A DNA stretch of 64,000 nucleotides from an uncultured Ectothiorhodospiraceae bacterium (GTDB lineage Bacteria; Pseudomonadota; Gammaproteobacteria; JAABTG01). The stretch is taken from assembly GCA_964439835.1 (NCBI GenBank), contig CAYTPQ010000001.1, positions 84,120 through 148,119 on the forward strand, in the 5' to 3' direction. The translations under genes were made by a program, and so were the position numbers. Under the pieces are notes generated by a model. That model was not told where the DNA came from, made no database searches, and saw nothing but the letters and a program-made list of their open reading frames with translations. This document shows, piece by piece, positions 10,065 through 19,104 of the stretch; the first letter of the stretch is position 1, and each line of letters starts with the position of its first letter.

Positions 10065-12995
10065 ATGTCGGCCGCTTCCACACCCCCTGCGGTGCCCCGT
10101 CGCCGCCCGGCCGTGGGGCCGGGCCTGCGGCGGCTGCTGTTCCCGGTCCTCGGCCTGTTCGGCCTGCTGGCCGTCAACGGGGCCTACCTGGGCAGCGTGA
10201 CCTTCTTGGAGTGGTGGACCGGCGAGGTCCACCAGGACTTCCTGTACCAGGTGATGTTCCTGGTGCACCTGGCCCTCGGCCTGCTCCTGATCCTCCCGGC
10301 CCTGGCTTTCGGCGCCCTTCACCTGCGCAACGCCTGGCGCCGGCCCAACCGGGCGGCGGTGCGGGCCGGCCTCGCCCTCTACGTCACGGCGGTCCTGCTG
10401 CTGGCGAGCGGCGTGGTGCTGACGCGCTTCGACTTCTTCGAGGTCAAGGACCCGGAGGTGCGCGCCGTGGCCTATTGGGTCCACGTCGGCACCCCACTGG
10501 TCGCCGCCTGGCTGTTCGTGCTGCACCGCCTGGCCGGACGTGCGATCCGCTGGCGGGTGGGCGCCGCCTGGGCGGCGGTGGCCGTCGCCTTCAGCCTGGC
10601 GATGCTGCTGGTGCGGGCCCCCGACCCCGGGCACAGCGCGGACGCCGCGAGCTATGCCGGCGACGCGTTTCGCCCCTCCTTCGCCAAGACCCGCGACGGC
10701 GGGCTGATCCCCGCCCGGGTGCTGATGTCGGACGAGTACTGCAAGGCCTGCCACGCCGACGCCTTCGAGCAGTGGTCCCACAGCGCGCACCGGCTGAGCT
10801 CCTTCAACAACCCGGCCTACCGCTTCTCGGTGCGCGAGACCCGCCAGGTGACGACCGACCGGGGCAACCCCCGCGGCGCCCGCTTCTGCGCCGCCTGCCA
10901 CGATCCGGTGCCGCTGTTCTCGGGCGCCTTCGACGACCCGGCCTTCGACGACGAGCACCACCCGACCGCCAACGCCGGGATCACCTGCACCGCCTGCCAC
11001 GCCATCACCCGGGTCGACAGCCCGCGCGGCAACGGCGACTACACCATCGCGAGCCCGGTCCACTATCCCTTCGCCTACAGCGACCACCCTCTGCTGGAGT
11101 GGGTCAACCACCAGCTGGTGAAGGCCAAGCCGGCCTTCCACAAGAAGACCTTCCTCAAGCCCCTGCACCGGGAGCCCGAGTTCTGCGGGGTCTGCCACAA
11201 GGTCCACCTGCCGAAGGAGGTGAATGGCTACAAGTGGCTGCGGGGCCAGAACCACTACGACACCTACCTGCTGTCCGGCGTCTCGGGCCACGGCGCGACC
11301 AGTTTCTACTACCCCGACAAGCCCGCCGAGAGCTGCGCCGGCTGCCATATGCCCCTCACCGAGTCGATCGACTTCGGGGCCCAGCACTACGACGACTCGG
11401 GGCGCCTGAAGGTCCACGACCATCAGTTCCGGGGGGCCAACACCGCCCTGCCCCACCTGCTGGAGATGCCGGGCTGGGTGAATGAGCGGCACCGGCAGTT
11501 CCTCGAGGGCGTCGCCCGGGTGGACCTGTTCGGCCTGCGGGAGGGGGGTGCCATCACCGACCCGCTGCGGGCACCCCTGCGGCCCGAGGTCCCGGCGCTG
11601 CGCCCCGGCGGCGAATACCTGCTGGAGGTGGTGGTCCGCACCCTCGGGGTCGGCCATGTCTTCACCCAGGGGACGTCCGACTCCAACGAGGTCTGGCTCG
11701 ACGTCGCGGTCACCGACGGTGGCCGGCCGGTGGGGCGGAGCGGCGGGATGGCCGAGGACGGCGCGGTCGACCCCTGGTCCCACTTCGTCAACGCCTACGT
11801 GCTCGACCGCAACGGCGACCGCATCGACCGCCGCAACGCCCACGACATCTTCACCGCGCTCTACGACCACCAGGTCCCGCCCGGGGCGGCCGACGTCGTG
11901 CACTACCGGCTCCGTGTGCCCGAGGACGCCCGGGGGCCGCTGACGGTCGAGGTGGCGCTCGCCTACCGCAAGTTCGACACCACCTACCTGCGCCACTTCG
12001 AAGGCGAGCGCTTCGCCGGCAACGACCTGCCGATCACGGTGATCGCCCGGGATCGGGTCACCTTCCCGATCGAGCAGGACCCTGGGCGGGACAGCCCGGC
12101 CTCGACGGCGGTGCAGCCAGGGTTCCCATCGACCTCTTCCCCGTTGTCGCCCCCGACTGCCGTCGCAACGCCGTCACCGCCCCCCCGGCACGGGGATTCG
12201 CCCGCCGGCACCCGAGTCGCCGACGGAGCCGGGTCGGCGCCGGCCGCCGCGGCCACTACCGAGGTCCCACTTTGGCAGCGCTGGAACGACTTCGGGATCG
12301 GGCTGCTGCGCAAGGGTCAGCGCGGGGAGCTGCGCCAGGCCGAGGCGGCCTTCAGGGAGGTGGAGCGTCTGGGGCGGGCCGACGGGCCCGTGAACCTGGC
12401 CCGGGTGTACCTGCGGGAAGGTCGGCTCGACGAGGCCCGCGAGGCCCTGCGCCGGGCCGCGAGCCACGACCCACCCGCCTACCCCTGGGTCATCGCCTGG
12501 CTCAGCGCCCAGGTCGACCTGCAGAACGGAAACCTGGACGAGGCCATCGCCGGCCTGCGACGGGTGCTCGCCACGGACTTCGCCGAAGCCCGCCGGCGGG
12601 GTTTCGATTTCGGCCTCGATTACCGGATCCGCAACGAGCTCGGCCAGGCCCTGTTCGAGCGGGCGAAGCCACTGCGGGGCGAGGCGCACCGGGCCGAGCG
12701 CGACCGGCTGCTGGGCGAAGCGGCCGGCGAGTTCGAAGACGTGCTGCGGCGCGACCCCGAGAACCTGACCGCCCACTACAACCTGTCGCTCGTCTACGCC
12801 CTGACCGGCGAGCGGCAGCGGGCCGAGGCCCACCGGGCCCTCTACGAGCAGTACCGGCCCGACGACAACGCCCGCGAGGTGGCCGTCACCCGCCACCGCC
12901 GGGCGAACCCGCCCGCCGACCACGCGGCCGAGGCGGTGGTGATCTACGACCTGCAGCGGCCGGGGGCGCCGGGTTTGGCGGGTGATGGGACATAA
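10065..12995 (+). CDS. Multi-domain protein: N-terminal polytopic membrane segment, pentaheme cytochrome c domain, C-terminal TPR repeats.
   Basis: ATG at 10065 preceded by GGAGG; the ORF track starts at TTG 10041. About 5 TM helices carrying His residues. Five CxxCH motifs: CKACH, CAACH, CTACH, CGVCH, CAGCH. The C-terminal third is TPR-like. Confidence 0.75.
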   Translation: MSAASTPPAVPRRRPAVGPGLRRLLFPVLGLFGLLAVNGAYLGSVTFLEWWTGEVHQDFLYQVMFLVHLALGLLLILPALAFGALHLRNAWRRPNRAAVRAGLALYVTAVLLLASGVVLTRFDFFEVKDPEVRAVAYWVHVGTPLVAAWLFVLHRLAGRAIRWRVGAAWAAVAVAFSLAMLLVRAPDPGHSADAASYAGDAFRPSFAKTRDGGLIPARVLMSDEYCKACHADAFEQWSHSAHRLSSFNNPAYRFSVRETRQVTTDRGNPRGARFCAACHDPVPLFSGAFDDPAFDDEHHPTANAGITCTACHAITRVDSPRGNGDYTIASPVHYPFAYSDHPLLEWVNHQLVKAKPAFHKKTFLKPLHREPEFCGVCHKVHLPKEVNGYKWLRGQNHYDTYLLSGVSGHGATSFYYPDKPAESCAGCHMPLTESIDFGAQHYDDSGRLKVHDHQFRGANTALPHLLEMPGWVNERHRQFLEGVARVDLFGLREGGAITDPLRAPLRPEVPALRPGGEYLLEVVVRTLGVGHVFTQGTSDSNEVWLDVAVTDGGRPVGRSGGMAEDGAVDPWSHFVNAYVLDRNGDRIDRRNAHDIFTALYDHQVPPGAADVVHYRLRVPEDARGPLTVEVALAYRKFDTTYLRHFEGERFAGNDLPITVIARDRVTFPIEQDPGRDSPASTAVQPGFPSTSSPLSPPTAVATPSPPPRHGDSPAGTRVADGAGSAPAAAATTEVPLWQRWNDFGIGLLRKGQRGELRQAEAAFREVERLGRADGPVNLARVYLREGRLDEAREALRRAASHDPPAYPWVIAWLSAQVDLQNGNLDEAIAGLRRVLATDFAEARRRGFDFGLDYRIRNELGQALFERAKPLRGEAHRAERDRLLGEAAGEFEDVLRRDPENLTAHYNLSLVYALTGERQRAEAHRALYEQYRPDDNAREVAVTRHRRANPPADHAAEAVVIYDLQRPGAPGLAGDGT

Positions 12996-13833
12996 GGTCT
13001 CCGACCCCTTTGGTGGCCAGCATCTCCTTCGCCGGGGATCGATCGCCGGTGCAGCTGATATTGCGCGGGGCGTCCAGCAGGCGGATGTCGAAGCCGAGGC
13101 CTTCGTAAAGATCGAGGATCCTCGGTGTCGCCTGATTGGAGGCGACGACGGGCCCCGGGTGGCGGGCGAGCCAGTGGGCGAGCCGAACCTGGTCGTCCCA
13201 GGAGAAGCCATCCTTGGCGTAGTCGACGAACTGCACGTCGTAGGGGGGGTCGGCGTAGACGAAGTCGTCGGGCTCGAGCGCGAGGGCCTCGAAGTCCCCG
13301 TGGATGAAGGTCCAGTCCCCGAGGACCTCGCGGTAGGGCGTGAAATCGCGCACGTAGTAGATCCGGGCGTAGCGGCCGAAGGGGACGTTGAAGGCGCCCT
13401 TGCGGTTGAAGCGGCAGAGGCCGTTGTAGCCGGTGCGGTTCAGGTAGTAGAACAGCTCCGCCGCTTCCTGGCTGTCGGCCTGACCGCCCAGGATAAGGGC
13501 GTTGAAGCGTTCCCGGTGCGCGTAGTAGAGCGCCTCGTCGTTCTCCATCGGGACGTCCACGGCGAGGCCCCGCTGCAGCCAGCGGTAGAAGTTGACCGCG
13601 TGGGCGTTGGCGTCGCCAAGCAGCGCCCGTTGCGGTCGCAGGCCGAGCACCACGGCGAGCCCGCCGCAGAAGGGCTCGACCAGCCGGCGCCCCCGGTACG
13701 GTGCCCAGAGCGGATCAAGATGGGGCAGCAGCCAGCGCTTGCCGCCGGCCCACTTGAGCGGGGGCTGCAGACGGCCTTCCGCGTCCCGGAGGACGGCACT
13801 GGCGGTCAACTGGGAACGGGAACGCCGGGGCAT
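12886..13833 (-). CDS. dam: Dam-family N6-adenine DNA methyltransferase (MethyltransfD12); orphan, no cognate endonuclease seen.
   Basis: Motifs KWAGGKR (motif I) and DPPY (motif IV). RNISCTGDRSPAKEMLAT resembles the Dam C-terminus. The ORF then runs about 40 further codons and overlaps the convergent cytochrome gene by about 110 nt. Confidence 0.8.
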   Translation of the reverse strand: MPRRSRSQLTASAVLRDAEGRLQPPLKWAGGKRWLLPHLDPLWAPYRGRRLVEPFCGGLAVVLGLRPQRALLGDANAHAVNFYRWLQRGLAVDVPMENDEALYYAHRERFNALILGGQADSQEAAELFYYLNRTGYNGLCRFNRKGAFNVPFGRYARIYYVRDFTPYREVLGDWTFIHGDFEALALEPDDFVYADPPYDVQFVDYAKDGFSWDDQVRLAHWLARHPGPVVASNQATPRILDLYEGLGFDIRLLDAPRNISCTGDRSPAKEMLATKGVGDLMSHHPPNPAPPAAAGRRSPPPRPRGRRAGSPGGGG

Positions 13834-14053
13834 GGGGCGCCATTCTTACACGGCGCAGCGGGATGGTGCGCACACAGTGGGGTCGCCGAGTCGCCGTAGG
13901 GTGGGTTAGCGGCTTAGCCGCGTAACCCACCGGCCCGCGCAGAGGCCCCACGCCCCGGTGCGTTGCGCTTCGCCAACGCGACCTGCGGCTGCTGTGTGCC
14001 GACCGGACTGCGGCCTTGGGCTTCGTCTCTCCCCCTGCTAACTTCTGAGGACC

Positions 14054-16783
14054 ATGGGCTACGAAGGGAATCGTCCCGCCGCAGGCCGGGCCGGCGTCCT
14101 CGGCGCCGTGCGCGCCGGCGAGCGCCGGCTCGCGGCCTATCTGGTCCTGACCTTCTTCCTACTGAGCGCCGGCCTCGCGGTCGGTCGCGGCAGCGCCGAC
14201 GCCCTGTTCTTCAAGCGCTACGGCATCGAGTACCTACCGCTGGTGTTCCTGGCGCTGGGCGGCCTGCTCGCGGCGGCCGGGACGGTCTACGCGGCGTTCG
14301 TGGACCGCGTCCCGGCGGAGCGCTCGGGGTTGGTGATCGGCATCGTGCTGGCGGTCCTGCTCGCGGCCGGCTGGTGGGGGATGACCGCCACCCATGCCGA
14401 GGCCCTCTACCCGCTGTACTACCTGACCTACGAGGTGGCCTCCGAGCTGCTGCTCGTGCACACGCCGCTGTACCTGTCCCAGAACCTGGACACGCAGGCG
14501 GCCAAGCGGCTCTCGCCCCTGGTGTTCGCCGGCGGGCAGGTGGGCACGGTCTCCGGCGGGCTGCTGCTCGGGCTGGCCGCCGGCCACATCGAGGTTCAGG
14601 ACCTGCTGCTCGTGTGGGCGGGCTTGCTGGTCGCGGGCGTCGCGGCAACCGTGCTCTGGCACCGCCGCCAGGGCGCCTCGGCCTACTACCGGGCGCCGCG
14701 CAGGGAGGCCCGCCCGCTGCGGGCCGCGGCCGGCCAGGTCGCCGCCGGGGTGCGGCTGGCTCGGCACTCCCCGCTGGTGCGCCGGGCCTCGCTGTCCCTG
14801 TTCTTCCTCGTGATCGCCTTCTACGTCCTCGCCTATGCCGTGAACCGGGTCTACACCGAGACGTTTCCCGGCGAGGCGGAACTCGCGGCGTTCTTCGGGC
14901 TCCTGATCGCGGTCAACAGCCTGCTCGCCCTGCTGCTGCAGGTCTTCGTGACCGGCCGCCTGGTCGACCGCATCGGCCTGCGCCGGGCGAACCTGGTCTT
15001 TCCCCTCACCCTGATCGCGAGCTACGCCGCGCTGCTCGTCCACTTCGCACTGCCGTCCGCGGTCGCGGCCAGCGTCAGCAAGGACGCGGTGATGCCGGGG
15101 GTCCGCAACCCGGTACGGGCGATGTTCCTGAACGTCATGCCGCAGGGGCTGCAGGGGCGGGCGCGGGCCGTTCAAGTGCTGCTGGTGATGCCGCTCGCGC
15201 TGGCGGTGTCGGGGGCGGTGCTGTGGCTGGTCCAGGGGCTCGATGCCCCTCTCCTGTTCCTGGTGCCCGGAGCCCTTGCCGCGGCCCTCTACCTCTTCTA
15301 CAGCCACCGCATGAGCCAGGCCTACGCCGGCACCATCCTCGAACACCTGCAGGCCCGCGTCTGCCTCCCCCCCGACGACCTGGCGCAGGGCATGCAGGGG
15401 GCCGGTACCGATGCCTTCGCCGCCCTCGGGCGCGGGGTCGAGCACCCCGACGAAGAGGTAGTGGTCTCTTTCGCGCAGGTCCTGGTCGCCTCGTTCCCCG
15501 AGCGCGCGGCACCGGTCCTCCTCGCCCGCATGGGCGGCATGAGCAACGCCGGCGCCGACCGGCTGGTGCGCGTGCTCTCGACCGTGCCCGCCGGGCTGCG
15601 CCCGGTCTTGTGGGACCGCGCGCGGGCAGGCGACCCGCACCTGCGGGCGACGGTGCTGCGGGCGCTGGCGTCCCAGCCGGACGCCTTCTTCGCGGCGGAG
15701 GTCCGGCAGACGCTGGCGGCCCCAAACCCCCGGCTGGCCGCAGCCGCGGTCCACGGCGCGCTGCGGCTCGCCAACGCCTCACCGCGGCCGACCGCACTCC
15801 GGGTGTGGCAGGGCCTGTTGGAGGGCCCGACCGACGGCCGGCTGGCGGCGCTGGACCTGACTGCCAACCTGGCGCGGGTGGAGCCGGCCGAGCGGGAGCC
15901 GCTGCGCGAGGGTTACCGCGCCGCCTTCCGCTCGCTCCTCGGCCTCGACGATGAGACGGTCTCGCTGCGCGTGCTGCGGGCGCTGGCGGCCTGGGACGGG
16001 CCACCCCTGCCGGAGATCGAGCCGGCCGTGGTCGCGCTGGCCGCGGGGAGCAACCCGCTGTCAAGGGCCGCGGCGGTGTCGGCGGCACGCTGGCTTCCGG
16101 CGGTGGAGCGCCGGGAGGCGATCGCGCGGGAGGCGCTCGCGGACGGGCACCAGCGGGTGCGCGACGCCGCGACCGAGCTGCTCCTCGGCGGCGCGACCGG
16201 CGCCGCCTTCCGAGACCTGGCCCAGCGCTGGATAATCCTGGGCAGGCAGGGCTCGCCCAGGGCCCAGGCCACGCTGTTGGAGGCGCTGATGGCACAGGGC
16301 CTGCCGCACGCCGTGCTGGTGGCCGCCGCCCGGGCCCGGGCCGCAGACGCGCACTGGCTGGAGGAGGCCCTGGCCCCGGTCGAGGCGGCGGTGCGCTCCG
16401 GCCACCGGCGCTTCGCGCTGCTCGAGCAGACCCTGCGCGAGCGCGTCGCGCAGACCGTGGACGTCGCCCTCCTCGCCCTGCAGGGCAGCGGCGACGGCGA
16501 GTCCTTTGCCGCGGTGCGGGCGGCGCTGCGCAGCGGGGACGCGCGATTCCGCGCCGATGCGCGGGAGGCCCTGGCGAATCTGGGGGACCGAGAGGTCGTC
16601 GCCCTGCTGGCGGGCGTCCTTCGCGACCCGGAAGACCGGCTTCGGGCCACCGCCCCGGGCCGGTTCCGGGACGCCGACGAGGCAGCGCGCTGGTGCACGC
16701 TGCACGGGGACCCCTGGCTCAGCGCCTGCGCCCGCCACGCGGGGACGGGCGCCCCCTCCGCCGAGGCGGCCACCGTTGGTTGA
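14054..16783 (+). CDS. Polytopic MFS/nucleotide-translocase-like membrane domain fused to a C-terminal HEAT-repeat domain.
   Basis: 909 aa. About 12 predicted TM helices in the first ~430 aa. The C-terminal half is alpha-helical repeats (LRALA..., RVRDAATELL) consistent with HEAT/PBS lyase repeats. Confidence 0.7.
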   Translation: MGYEGNRPAAGRAGVLGAVRAGERRLAAYLVLTFFLLSAGLAVGRGSADALFFKRYGIEYLPLVFLALGGLLAAAGTVYAAFVDRVPAERSGLVIGIVLAVLLAAGWWGMTATHAEALYPLYYLTYEVASELLLVHTPLYLSQNLDTQAAKRLSPLVFAGGQVGTVSGGLLLGLAAGHIEVQDLLLVWAGLLVAGVAATVLWHRRQGASAYYRAPRREARPLRAAAGQVAAGVRLARHSPLVRRASLSLFFLVIAFYVLAYAVNRVYTETFPGEAELAAFFGLLIAVNSLLALLLQVFVTGRLVDRIGLRRANLVFPLTLIASYAALLVHFALPSAVAASVSKDAVMPGVRNPVRAMFLNVMPQGLQGRARAVQVLLVMPLALAVSGAVLWLVQGLDAPLLFLVPGALAAALYLFYSHRMSQAYAGTILEHLQARVCLPPDDLAQGMQGAGTDAFAALGRGVEHPDEEVVVSFAQVLVASFPERAAPVLLARMGGMSNAGADRLVRVLSTVPAGLRPVLWDRARAGDPHLRATVLRALASQPDAFFAAEVRQTLAAPNPRLAAAAVHGALRLANASPRPTALRVWQGLLEGPTDGRLAALDLTANLARVEPAEREPLREGYRAAFRSLLGLDDETVSLRVLRALAAWDGPPLPEIEPAVVALAAGSNPLSRAAAVSAARWLPAVERREAIAREALADGHQRVRDAATELLLGGATGAAFRDLAQRWIILGRQGSPRAQATLLEALMAQGLPHAVLVAAARARAADAHWLEEALAPVEAAVRSGHRRFALLEQTLRERVAQTVDVALLALQGSGDGESFAAVRAALRSGDARFRADAREALANLGDREVVALLAGVLRDPEDRLRATAPGRFRDADEAARWCTLHGDPWLSACARHAGTGAPSAEAATVG

Positions 16784-17225
16784 CTTCTTCGACCGGGTCC
16801 TGCTGCTGAAGCGCGCGCCCTTCTTTGCGGAGGTCGAAACCGACGATCTGCGCCACGTGGCCCGGGCGTTGGAGGAGCAGGTGTTCGCGGCGGGCGAGCA
16901 GGTGTTCCGGATCGACGAGCGGGGTGACCACATGTACATCGTGGTCAGCGGGCGGGTGGGGATCTCGACCGCGCGGGACGCCCGCGCGAAGGACTTCATC
17001 GCCGAGCTGGGGGAGGGGGAATGCTTCGGGGAGATGAATCTGGTGGACGAGCTGCCGCGGTCGGCCACCGCTGTCGCACTGGAGGCCACTCATCTCCTGA
17101 CCCTGGAGAAGGCGCGCCTGAGGAACCTGTTGATGAGCTACCCGGCGATTGCCGTGGGGATGCTGCGGGCCCTGTCCCTGCGCCTGCGGGAGGCCCATCG
17201 GCGGGCCCGGGGGCAGGGGCGATGA
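16775..17225 (+). CDS. Stand-alone cyclic-nucleotide-binding (cNMP/CAP-family) domain protein.
   Basis: GEGECFGEMNLVDELPRSATAVAL and RAxxA motifs of a CAP-type cNMP-binding domain. A probable TTG start overlaps the stop of the upstream MFS/HEAT gene (ttGGTTGA), suggesting translational coupling; the exact start is uncertain. Confidence 0.65.
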
Positions 17226-17326
17226 GCGGTCTTTCGGTCTCGACCGGGCGCCCGGTTGGGTCGCTCCCCGTCGGGAATCGACGCCGATGCGCCGCCACCC
17301 GGGCGCTGGAGAAGGGCAGGAGCGCC

Positions 17327-18067
17327 ATGTGTCAGCAACCTGCCAGGGCCCTCGCGATGGCCGCCGTGCTCGCGACCGGTCTGGGCGGGGCACCCGGCCC
17401 CGTGCCGGCCCAAGAGTCACTCTCGTCGGACCCCCACTACACACCGGCCGGCTTCTTTGACGTCCACGTCTGCAACTGGCCGGACCGCCCGCTCTTCTTC
17501 CTGGTGCTGTTCTCGACCGAGCGCTTCGCGGAGGTCAACGGCGTCGAGGTGACCGGGCCCGGGGGCGAGCCGGTCGCACGCCTCGACCCCGCGAAGTTCA
17601 TCCGGCTGGACCGCCCCGGCAAGCCCGAGAAGCGGGTATTCATCCAGCAGGTCGAGGTCCCCGCCGGCGCGGCCAACGGCTGGTACAAGGCGCGGGTGCG
17701 CCTGAGCGACGGCCAGGAGGTCCTCGGCCGCGACTACGTGGTGATCACGGCCCTGCCCCGGGCCGGCGGGTTGGCCCCGGCGCGGGACGCGACCGTCGGC
17801 CTGCCCGCCGTCTTCACCTGGGCGCCGGTGGCGGGTGCCGCCCGCTATCAGGTCTACCTCCGCGACCTGTGGCAGCCGGGCGATAATCCCGTCCACCAGT
17901 CGAAGCTCCTGACTGACACCCGCTACGAGGTCCCGGCGGAGGTGCTGAAGCCCGGCGGCCACTACTCCTGGAAGGTCCACGCCCGGGACGTGGACGAGCA
18001 CATCCTGCTGGGGGACTACAACCACGGCTCCCAGAGCGAGTGGACGCCCTTCGAAGTCGCGGAGTAG
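17327..18067 (+). CDS. Secreted hypothetical protein.
   Basis: ATG at 17327 behind an AGGAG RBS. Signal peptide MCQQPARALAMAAVLATGLGGAPGPVPAQE. No domain recognised by eye. Confidence 0.5.
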   Translation: MCQQPARALAMAAVLATGLGGAPGPVPAQESLSSDPHYTPAGFFDVHVCNWPDRPLFFLVLFSTERFAEVNGVEVTGPGGEPVARLDPAKFIRLDRPGKPEKRVFIQQVEVPAGAANGWYKARVRLSDGQEVLGRDYVVITALPRAGGLAPARDATVGLPAVFTWAPVAGAARYQVYLRDLWQPGDNPVHQSKLLTDTRYEVPAEVLKPGGHYSWKVHARDVDEHILLGDYNHGSQSEWTPFEVAE

Positions 18068-18078
18068 CGGGAAAGGCA

Positions 18079-18226
18079 TCGACCACAAAGTACACGAAGG
18101 ACACGAATGGGATGGAGAACGCAATTTGCACGAGGGCGATCGGATGAGTCTGCGAACCCCTGGCTCGCCCTGGTTAGTTCCGTCTATCAAGTCCTTCGTG
18201 TCCTTTGTGTCCTTCGTGGTGGAAAG
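18079..18226. repeat. Hairpin element A, built from tandem 9-bp units flanked by ACCAC/GTGGT. Family with B (20358-20460) and C (56779-56892).
   Basis: Left arm ACCACAAAGTACACGAAGGACACGAA at 18083-18108. Right arm GTCCTTCGTGTCCTTTGTGTCCTTCGTGGTGG at 18191-18222. These are imperfect inverted repeats with a loop of about 80 nt. The element is AT-richer than its surroundings. Confidence 0.6.
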
Positions 18227-18986
18227 TCCACTCACCGAGTGGCGGCGTACTGGCATCGGGGTCGGCCTGGCCGCTCTGCTCGCGCTGGCGCCACCCCCCG
18301 GTGTGGCGGATACGGCCTCGGGGTCCCTGCCTGCCGCCTGCGCGGTCGACTGCGTGAGCCGCTACGGCGAGGTACTGGGCACGGCGGACCCCGGCGTGCC
18401 CGCCCACTCCAACTGCAGCTCGGCCTGCGTCTCGTTCGAGCCGCACGTGCGGGACGGGCGTTTCCTCGGCATGAAGTGGCAGTGTGTCGAGTACGCCCGC
18501 CGCTGGCTCTACACCGCCAAGGGCGCGGTCTTCGGCGACGTCGACGTGGCGGCCGACGTCTGGCGCAGGGTCGACGCCCTGACCCGAGTCGCGGACGGCG
18601 GCCGCATCGCTCTCACCGCTCACCCCAACGGCTCCCCGTCCCCTCCACGGCCCGGCGACCTGCTGGTCTACGGCGACGAGTTCCTCGGCACCGGCCACCT
18701 GGCCGTCGTCCTGCGGGTGGACCCCGCGGCGGGCACCGTGGAGGTCGCGGAGCAGAACTACGACAACCGCCCCTGGCCGGCCGACCACGCCCGTCGGATC
18801 GACCTGGTCGAGCGTGGCGGGAGGTTCTGGCTGCTGGACGCGTACCTGATTGGCTGGAAGCGCGCCGAGGGGTTACCCGAGGTCTCCAGTGACGTCGGAG
18901 CCCCGGGGGATCCCACCCCGTACCGTGATCCGGCGGCTGGGGTACAGGTCATCGGTCCCCCTGGGTCCCGGCTTACGCCGGAATGA
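18214..18986 (+). CDS. Secreted CHAP-domain (cysteine/histidine-dependent amidohydrolase/peptidase) protein.
   Basis: GTG start inside the right arm of hairpin A. Signal peptide RRTGIGVGLAALLALA. CHAP catalytic Cys context QCVEYARRW and His context GHLAVVLRVD. Confidence 0.7.
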
Positions 18987-19104
18987 CAGCCCGCGCGTGT
19001 GCCGCGAGTCGGCGTCGCTCGCGGGCGGCACGCACGACCTCTGTATGGACAGCGGGCGTGACCCGTGGTGGAGTCTCGACCATCCGCCTTCCGGGAGGTC
19101 CATC

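Noticed and set aside
12886-12995. 110-bp overlap of convergent dam and cytochrome ORFs as a functional antisense arrangement.
   Set aside because: More likely one ORF's 3' end is over-extended (a stop-free tail after the conserved Dam C-terminus). This cannot be resolved without transcript or protein data.
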